Source of the DNA: Candidatus Micrarchaeota archaeon | Lineage (GTDB): Archaea > Micrarchaeota > Micrarchaeia > Anstonellales > Bilamarchaeaceae | Assembly (NCBI GenBank): GCA_043821365.1 | Contig: JBDRCX010000002.1 | Location: 64,001 to 128,000 of the forward strand | DNA: 64,000 nt | Reading direction: 5' to 3' | In this document: in pieces, positions 57,685 to 64,000 of the stretch | Layout of the letters: every line of letters begins with the position of its first letter | How positions within the stretch are numbered: position 1 is the first letter of the stretch | Made by a program: the position numbers and the translations under genes | Notes under the pieces: model-generated | What the model was told of the DNA's origin: nothing | The model's input: only the letters and a program-made list of their open reading frames with translations | The model's database searches: none

Positions 57685-58581
57685 TTATTTACTTGTTGTC
57701 AAAATTATGCTGTATTCTCTATTATACGATAATGGTTGCCATTGTGTTTCTGTTGCTATGCTTGTTTTAGAATCAACTGATAAACTCATTTCTTTTGTAT
57801 ATTCATTTCCAGGGTTATTCTTATCTATTGTATTATAATGTACATAGAAAACATCACTCACTGGTTTTTTCTCTTCACCTTGCTCAACTTTCATAACTAT
57901 CCAATATTTTCCTGCAGGTATTTCTTGTTGTTGTGCAAAGTCAAAATTAATCCAGTTTTCAGTAAGAGTTGCTGCGTTTGTTGGTTTTTTTACTGTAGAA
58001 ACTAGTGGTCCTGGATTGCCATTATTATCAGCTCTTAATTCCACTACCATCATATTGTTAGGGTCAGTGCTTGATGCCAGTCTTTTCATATAAATTCTTA
58101 TTCTAGCTGGAGTTATGTTTGCATCAGTTTCTATTGCAACTGCTCTCCACTCCTTAAAAGAAACACCGTCGGTGTCACTTCCTGCAGTATTATTATTTCC
58201 TATGGGAGCAACATACAAGCTTTTTGCCTGGATAATAATCCCATTATTCTCTATTGTCATTTGAACTGTTCCGTCTTTTGATGGTGCAAAACCAAGATTC
58301 AGAACTGTAGTGTCATTTGTACTTAGGGTTGCACTTGCAACTTCAACACCATCTAATTTTACTATGTATGTTTCTCCTGCACCACAATCAATAGTTGCAA
58401 TCAAATCTGTTGTTTCACCAAGAGTTACTGTGCTTATTTGTGAAAAAGTATAATCAAGAGTACATTCTTCTATTGTTGGCCCAAGCTGTAATTGGGGCGT
58501 ATCCGAAACAGGTGTGTTCCCAGTACATCCAAAGAATAATAGTATTGCTAAAGCTAAAATCAAGTTTTTCATGATTAACAT
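57685..58581 (-). CDS. Predicted lipoprotein with beta-rich extracellular domains
   Basis: Lipobox ILLFFGC; C-terminal VELRADNNGNPG...W..F.F......GKYWIV beta-sandwich-like motif. Confidence 0.7.
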   Translation of the reverse strand: MLIMKNLILALAILLFFGCTGNTPVSDTPQLQLGPTIEECTLDYTFSQISTVTLGETTDLIATIDCGAGETYIVKLDGVEVASATLSTNDTTVLNLGFAPSKDGTVQMTIENNGIIIQAKSLYVAPIGNNNTAGSDTDGVSFKEWRAVAIETDANITPARIRIYMKRLASSTDPNNMMVVELRADNNGNPGPLVSTVKKPTNAATLTENWINFDFAQQQEIPAGKYWIVMKVEQGEEKKPVSDVFYVHYNTIDKNNPGNEYTKEMSLSVDSKTSIATETQWQPLSYNREYSIILTTSK

Positions 58582-58594
58582 TCAGTTTGAATGT

Positions 58595-58936
58595 TTAAAA
58601 ATCAGTTGTTGCTATTTCTTTGACTCCATCTATCCAACCACGCAAATATTCCTGCCATTCAAGTTCTCTTTCTTTGTTTAATACTGAAAAATGCAATTTT
58701 TCATTATGTGGCAAAATCAGACTATCAAATTCTTCGTGGTTTAATTCACTCCACTCTTTCATCTCGTAATAATCAGCAAAATCACTGGCCCAGATCCTAC
58801 CCCTATGCAAGCCAACAAAGTATGCTTTGTTTTTGCTTGATCCCTCGATCTTCAAAAGAGATTCTATTACACCAGGCATACTTTTATTATGCATAAAAGT
58901 CTTTATAAATATATGCGATTTCCCACTTTTCACCAC
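58595..58936 (-). CDS. Hypothetical protein
   Basis: 113-aa frame in operon context. Confidence 0.6.
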   Translation of the reverse strand: MVKSGKSHIFIKTFMHNKSMPGVIESLLKIEGSSKNKAYFVGLHRGRIWASDFADYYEMKEWSELNHEEFDSLILPHNEKLHFSVLNKERELEWQEYLRGWIDGVKEIATTDF

Positions 58937-58996
58937 ATTTATTCAAAATCACAAACACACTATCCTAAGAGGCTTGGAGGTAACTGCAGTCTAGCA

Positions 58997-60013
58997 TCAT
59001 ACGCTAATTGATTCAACGTTTCCTTTGAATTCTTTCAAAATACCAGTATTAAGCAGGTGTATTATATTCTGAGTATCTGCTCCTCGTATTAATTTCATTC
59101 TAATTACAAATTCGCATGCTCCGTTTTTGACGCCGTTGACAAATATCTTTGGTTTTGAATCATCTGGTATATCCTTCAATTCAATAGTTAACCTAGATGA
59201 AATGCTATGGAGTTTAGAACTCATTTTTTCAACATCATTCCCCTTTATTCTGGCATAGACACTTATCTCGTTCATATCTGTTTTGTGGAGTGTCAACATT
59301 TTTTTGAAAAACATGTAGTTTGGTATTGCCACCATTTTCCCATCAATTGTTCTCAATAATGTCGAACGTGCATAAATTCTCTCTATGAATCCTTTCTTCC
59401 CATCTATCTCTACTAGATCTCCTTCTTCTAGATAATAATTCGTTAATTGGAAACCAGCAGCTATACTCCTTATTTGTGAGTGGAAAACTGTAAAGAAAAA
59501 TAACCCAAGTAAAGTAACTAAAATTGCAACTACAAAACCAGCCTCAGTATCTAACACCTGTATCGATAAAATGAAAGCCAAACTGTAGATTAATATGCTC
59601 ACTGCACTTTTCAACATTGGTAAAGAACGATAGAGAGTTGCAATCTCAGCTATTCTTGTTTTTCTATATCTTATGTCTATCATGCTGAGAATTATCTTAG
59701 CGATTATATTCACGATAATGAAGATTACAAGTATGTTCCATATCTTGAATAATGGGTTTGTAAGTATATCACTCTGTACCGATGAAAGTCCGAAATAAAT
59801 ACTAATCAAGAAGATGCCAATAGCAATTGATGGAGTCAGACTACGCATTATTTCTGGTATAAAATAGAGGCTACCTTTCGCAAAAGCTTTGCTACCAATT
59901 CTTAGTAAAATACTCCAGACCAGAATACCAATAAGGAATACAATGGCAAATACTGCCCCTCCTATCCAAATACCATCCCATGTTATGTTTGTTAAATCCA
60001 TTATAAACACCAA
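58997..60013 (-). CDS. MscS-family mechanosensitive channel
   Basis: N-terminal TM helices; GDLVEIDG..G.IERI..RST..RT.DG..V.IPN. Confidence 0.88.
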   Translation of the reverse strand: MVFIMDLTNITWDGIWIGGAVFAIVFLIGILVWSILLRIGSKAFAKGSLYFIPEIMRSLTPSIAIGIFLISIYFGLSSVQSDILTNPLFKIWNILVIFIIVNIIAKIILSMIDIRYRKTRIAEIATLYRSLPMLKSAVSILIYSLAFILSIQVLDTEAGFVVAILVTLLGLFFFTVFHSQIRSIAAGFQLTNYYLEEGDLVEIDGKKGFIERIYARSTLLRTIDGKMVAIPNYMFFKKMLTLHKTDMNEISVYARIKGNDVEKMSSKLHSISSRLTIELKDIPDDSKPKIFVNGVKNGACEFVIRMKLIRGADTQNIIHLLNTGILKEFKGNVESISV

Positions 60014-61324
60014 TTATTTACACAAACTTTTTGCGTAATCTATCTCACTTCGAAATCTTTTTGAGAAATATAAAGCCAAATAATTTGCCAAATCATCGCT
60101 CATAGTTTCTCCCTGAACGTATCCATTCTTTACTGCAAGTTCTATTATCTCATCAGATACCGTTTTCTTTTCTTTTAATATCTTCCTTATTGGGATCAGG
60201 AATTTTGATTTCTTTGATCTTGGACTTATCTTATCTACTAAACTAAGCAATCTTTTGCAATAAGTGTAAACTGTTTCCGAATCCAATCCGCTTGTTGTTG
60301 CCAAATATTCAAGATGCTTTACATGGCTATGTGGGGGGAGATATATTATGTCATCTTCCAGTAAAAAGGGTTCACTCATACCAAGGTCAGATGGCAGAGT
60401 ACTGTATTTTTCATTTTCTATTGCCTCTAGTGCATATCTCATCAATGCAGTTAAAGCAAGTGTGTATGTTGGATAATTCATATCAGGACCCCGGTATTCA
60501 AAAGTCCCTATCTTATTCACTCTTACTGGTCCCCACATAAATTTAAGTGCCGGAACCCCCATCACATCAACCAAATGTTTGAATTTTCTTTTTTGGAGCA
60601 GTCTGATCCATTCTGTTTTCCTTCTATCAGCCATAACTCGTAGATCATTTAATGTAAATTCATAGTTTGGTAATGCCCCAAATATTGGGAGATAGTAATG
60701 TATGCCATTTATTTTACTATAATCATTCAATGCAAAATCCCTGTAGACTAAAATCCTACAATCTTTTGCATATTGTTTTCCCTGCCAAAATGGTGATGAT
60801 TGGCAAAGTCCAATACCAATGGGGTCCATTGCTATTAGAAAATTATATTGATTTAGAAAAACTTCTTTAGCATGAGAATGTTTTGACATGATTATCTTTT
60901 CTTCCTTTACTATTCTCTCTGGCAATTCATAATGAATGTGATATCCGCAAATACTTGCTTCTTTCAGTACCCCACTTCCAAGTACCATTTTTTTTGCACG
61001 GTACCAGGTATTATCATTTAATTCTGGAGCTGTTTTTCCAGGATAGGTTGCCAATGGTAATAATTTGTAAGAATGTTTTTCGCTTATGTCAACTAATTTT
61101 TCCAATCTATCAAAGAAAGAAATTGCAGTTTCCTTTACATTTTCTTTTGCATCTGCTCCTATCTCTACCATAATTTTTGATATTTCTTTTCTTGCATGGG
61201 TATATCCTTCTTTTTCTAATATTTTGAAAAGTTCGTTTGCTTTATTGGCTGGGCTACCATGTTCATCAAGAAGAAAGAATTCCATCTCCCAGCCTACTCT
61301 GGCTGTTCTAAGTATTGATGTCAT
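60014..61324 (-). CDS. Glutamate-cysteine ligase family 2 (GCS2/YbdK-like carboxylate-amine ligase)
   Basis: VGWEMEFFLLD, ...MVEI, GYHIHY, SSPFW.G and WGPVR...GTFEYR.PD. Confidence 0.8.
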   Translation of the reverse strand: MTSILRTARVGWEMEFFLLDEHGSPANKANELFKILEKEGYTHARKEISKIMVEIGADAKENVKETAISFFDRLEKLVDISEKHSYKLLPLATYPGKTAPELNDNTWYRAKKMVLGSGVLKEASICGYHIHYELPERIVKEEKIIMSKHSHAKEVFLNQYNFLIAMDPIGIGLCQSSPFWQGKQYAKDCRILVYRDFALNDYSKINGIHYYLPIFGALPNYEFTLNDLRVMADRRKTEWIRLLQKRKFKHLVDVMGVPALKFMWGPVRVNKIGTFEYRGPDMNYPTYTLALTALMRYALEAIENEKYSTLPSDLGMSEPFLLEDDIIYLPPHSHVKHLEYLATTSGLDSETVYTYCKRLLSLVDKISPRSKKSKFLIPIRKILKEKKTVSDEIIELAVKNGYVQGETMSDDLANYLALYFSKRFRSEIDYAKSLCK

Positions 61325-61487
61325 CTAGCCAAACACCCAGTTCTCAGCATATTTCATACAACTATGATTCTGCGTACAAATAAAAACAACTCTGTTCCAC
61401 AATCGTAGATTGACCCATCGATGATAGTGGAACAGCGTAATTTAAATAATTAATAACTATATTGGTATCTAGGAGGAACATCATCTT

Positions 61488-61709
61488 ATGCGGAATAGTC
61501 GAAAAACTATAACGATTTTTGAGAAAGATAGAATTGGGCTTGTTACTGAAATTGTGAATATGCTAGAGCGAGAAAGAGTAAAAGTTGATTTTGTTGAAGC
61601 TGATCTTGTTGAAGATAAAGCTAAGATCACATTGGGAATCTCTAATTTTGCAAAAGCAAAAAAATTGCTTGTTAGTGCAGGCTATGCAGTGGTTACTGAT
61701 AAGAGATAA
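61488..61709 (+). CDS. Stand-alone ACT-domain protein
   Basis: DRIGLVTEI...L....V.V pattern; 73 aa. Confidence 0.7.
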   Translation: MRNSRKTITIFEKDRIGLVTEIVNMLERERVKVDFVEADLVEDKAKITLGISNFAKAKKLLVSAGYAVVTDKR

Positions 61710-61711
61710 CT

Positions 61712-61831
61712 TTACTTTCGTTCTTTGGTTGCATTTCTAAGTACCTTTCTTTGATTTTCAATTTGGGCTTTGTTTTTGTTGAAAATCTTTTTACTTTTCA
61801 TGTGTCTGATGTGACTTGCAGGAACTTTCAT
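61712..61831 (-). CDS. 39-aa basic microprotein MKVPASHIRHMKSKKIFNKNKAQIENQRKVLRNATKERK
   Basis: Hand-translated; GGTGA-N4-ATG SD with the same spacing as thrS and dnaK. Confidence 0.6.
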   Translation of the reverse strand: MKVPASHIRHMKSKKIFNKNKAQIENQRKVLRNATKERK

Positions 61832-61884
61832 TATTTCACCCAGTATATGTTAATCAATGATTGCATAAAAATAGAGCGCCTTAT

Positions 61885-62020
61885 TTTTGATCGACGTTTC
61901 GATCAAAACAGTCGTTCCGGCGGTGTTCACAGCGAGCACTCCGAGTGCGAGCTCAGTGAACAAAAACGCCTTGTCCATGAACTTCGTTCATGACAGTCGA
62001 AATTTTTCAGAAAAAATTTC
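61885..62020. repeat. Cluster of nested GC-rich palindromes (REP/MITE-like) downstream of tRNA-Asp
   Basis: TTTTGATCGA-N4-TCGATCAAAA; GTTCAC...GTGAAC enclosing GCACT-CCG-AGTGC; CATGAAC-TTC-GTTCATG; GAAATTTTT-N4-AAAAATTTC. Confidence 0.55.
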
Positions 62021-62133
62021 GCCTTGGCCGGGATTCGAACCCGGGTCGCAAGAGTGACAGTCTTGTATGCTAACCATTGAACGCTAAATGCGTTCAAATA
62101 TTGAACGCATTCAATGCTCTACACTACCAAGGC
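62020..62133 (-). tRNA. tRNA-Asp(GTC) with a ~42-nt D-loop intron (approx. 62077-62118); CCA not encoded
   Basis: Acceptor GCCTTGG/CCAAGGC, anticodon arm CAAGA-CTGTCAC-TCTTG, T arm CCGGG-TTCGAAT-CCCGG. Removing 42 nt gives a 72-nt cloverleaf. Confidence 0.92.
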
Positions 62134-62305
62134 ATGACAAATCGGAAATTTGTCTATTTAGAAATTTCCTAACTTCTAATGCATAAAAGTAACAGGAATC
62201 TGCTGCCTTAATCTTAAAAAGCATTCGTTTAGTACCAAGTTACTGTTTCCAATGACTATCTTAGTTCTATGAAAGTATAAATACAACTTCGTCTATTAAT
62301 TATAT

Positions 62306-63169
62306 ATGATTGATCTGCACACACACACTACTGCCTCAGACGGTTCCTTTAGTTATGATGAATTGGTTACTAGGTCAAGAATCATTGGTCTAAAAGCAAT
62401 TGCAATAACAGATCATGATACTGTCGCAAATATACTAAACATAAAAAAAACCTCTGGAATAGAGGTTGTTCCTGGTATTGAACTTTCTGTTTTTGATCGT
62501 GAATTAGATTACATGGATGTTCATGTGCTTGGACTTTATATTGATCCAAAAAATAAAACATTAAACGAAAAACTGAAAAAACTTTCACAAGAAAGGGTGA
62601 ATCAGAAAAAGGCAACTGTAGAAAAACTCAATGAATTGGGGTACAAAATAACTTTTGATGAAGTTAAAAAGAAAGCAACTGGGACAGTTGGCCGTCCACA
62701 CATAGCAAAAGTTCTTTTGGAAAAATATCCAAATGATTTTTGTTCTATTTCTGATATTTTTATCAAATTATTAGGGCGCGGTAAATCTGCATACGTTGAG
62801 CGTGATATTGGTTTCCAGTTACATGAAGCAGTGGACCTTATTCATTCTGCCAATGGTTTAGCATTCCTTGCCCATCCATTTGTCTATCCATATGATAGCA
62901 AAAAAATAGTTAACACATTCAAGGAAATGGGTGGGGATGGGTTAGAAACATTTTATGATTATGTAACCAATCGTCCGGAAGTTAAAATCACAGAAAAAGA
63001 AAACATTGCCATGATAGTGCGCGCAGAGCATATGGCTCTTGATCTTAATATGCTTGAATGCGGCGGATCTGATTTTCATGGAGAAAATAAAGGACAAAGG
63101 TTAGGTACTTTTTGCGCACCATATGAAATGCTTGAAATGATAAAGCATGCCAGATTTAGCTATTCCTAG
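62306..63169 (+). CDS. PHP-domain phosphoesterase (TrpH/YciV-like)
   Basis: DLHTHTTASDG, ITDHDT, PGIELS, VHVLG, GRPHIA, LAHP and GGSDFHG. Confidence 0.92.
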   Translation: MIDLHTHTTASDGSFSYDELVTRSRIIGLKAIAITDHDTVANILNIKKTSGIEVVPGIELSVFDRELDYMDVHVLGLYIDPKNKTLNEKLKKLSQERVNQKKATVEKLNELGYKITFDEVKKKATGTVGRPHIAKVLLEKYPNDFCSISDIFIKLLGRGKSAYVERDIGFQLHEAVDLIHSANGLAFLAHPFVYPYDSKKIVNTFKEMGGDGLETFYDYVTNRPEVKITEKENIAMIVRAEHMALDLNMLECGGSDFHGENKGQRLGTFCAPYEMLEMIKHARFSYS

Positions 63170-64000
63170 CAACAAAACCAACAATCCTTTCAAATCCTTC
63201 TTGTATTTTTTCAACTGGTGAAAGGAAAACTGCACGGAACCAAAGTCGTTCACATTCTGGTTCTCCCCTGGTAAATCCACTTCCAGGAAGAATATAAACT
63301 GCTTCTTGATCTTGCAGTGCTTTTACAAAATCCGTATCTTTTTCAAAAGCAGAATTGCGTATACCCCACCAAAGATAGAAACCTGCTTGGGGGGTTATTA
63401 ATCGTGTATCTGAAATTGAAGTAACACCATCAATCATTGCGTTTGCCCTAATTTTAAGTTCAGCAATCATTGGTTCAATATGTTCTGTACCATTTTTTAC
63501 AGCAGCAAATGCACCCATTTGTCCTGGTGCGTTTGCACATAGCCTTGTTGTACATCTTTTTACTAATGCAGCTTCCAAGTCTGCTAACTCTGGATTAATG
63601 TTATAAAAAGCTAACCAACCAACCCTATGCCCACACATAAGATACTTCTTTGAAAAACTTTCAAGTTGGATTATAGGAACATCTGATGTCAAATCTCTTA
63701 TCCTTAGTGCAGGTCTATCAAAAGTCAAATCATGATAAACTTCATCAGCAACTATGGCAAGTCCATGCCTTCTTGCAATTTCGATAACTCCTTCTAAAGC
63801 CTTCCTCGAATAAGACATACCAGTTGGATTATTTGGATTTATTACGAGTATGGCAACAGTATTTGGTGTTATCTTTCCTTCTATATCTTGAAGATCTGGG
63901 CCATGCTCAAAATCAACCCTATAGACTTTTGCTTCTTTACCTGCGTATTCATGGCCTTCTAAATATGGTGGAAAACACGGACTTGGCATCAATATGTGCC
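63156..64000 (-). CDS. PLP-dependent aminotransferase class I/II (alanine/tyrosine AT-like); 5' end outside the window
   Basis: INPNNPTG, ADEVY and SFSKKYLMCGHRVGW. Confidence 0.9.
   Translation of the reverse strand, partial: HILMPSPCFPPYLEGHEYAGKEAKVYRVDFEHGPDLQDIEGKITPNTVAILVINPNNPTGMSYSRKALEGVIEIARRHGLAIVADEVYHDLTFDRPALRIRDLTSDVPIIQLESFSKKYLMCGHRVGWLAFYNINPELADLEAALVKRCTTRLCANAPGQMGAFAAVKNGTEHIEPMIAELKIRANAMIDGVTSISDTRLITPQAGFYLWWGIRNSAFEKDTDFVKALQDQEAVYILPGSGFTRGEPECERLWFRAVFLSPVEKIQEGFERIVGFVARNS

Noticed and set aside
61989-62152. Loose similarity CATGACA..TCG..AAATTT on both sides of tRNA-Asp, considered as att sites or a target duplication
   Set aside because: Short, gapped and AT-rich; no duplicated tRNA 3' end and no integrase nearby.
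62306-63169. TrpH-like PHP protein as part of the trp system
   Set aside because: It lies 39 kb from the trp genes, and the TrpH/YciV family has no role in Trp synthesis.
1-64000. CRISPR array, cas genes, integrase, transposase or defence systems
   Set aside because: No regularly spaced direct repeats, and no recognisable recombinase, transposase, Cas or restriction motifs in any ORF.

Overview
This is an AT-rich archaeal chromosomal segment. Archaeal markers include aMBF1, Fen1 with a PIP box, class I LysRS, archaeal-type ThrRS, Dph6, TrmB and DRG GTPase. The stand-alone 5S rRNA, a D-loop tRNA intron and a giant Gly-linker surface protein suggest a DPANN lineage such as Micrarchaeota (inference). 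The centrepiece is a ~15.4 kb aromatic amino acid supercluster (8398-23802): trpY divergent from trpE-G-D-C-B-A (no trpF), then aroF-aroB-aroD-aroE/K-aroA-aroC-pheA-tyrA-aminotransferase. Its intergenic DNA contains three control elements below the ORF-track cutoff. (i) A 25-codon Trp/Phe/Tyr-rich leader ORF with alternative hairpins precedes the aro genes. (ii) A 17-codon Trp-containing leader ORF precedes trpE; its RNA can either form a hairpin or pair with the trpE start codon. (iii) TrpY-type TRP boxes lie between trpE and trpY. Together these suggest ribosome-mediated attenuation layered on an archaeal repressor. Other highlights: ThrRS with an inserted YbaK/ProXp domain next to a Thr-editing-domain/methyltransferase fusion; a TrmB-HD-PEP-mobile-domain cassette with a perfect inverted repeat; a polytopic membrane-anchored double-AAA ATPase; a 2191-aa multi-hydrolase surface protein; two unannotated basic microproteins; a grpE-dnaK-J-dnaJ operon with a probable ACG start and a divergent regulator; and tRNA-Asp with a D-loop intron. 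No CRISPR array, integrase or transposase was seen. All homology calls come from motif recognition by eye; no searches were run.
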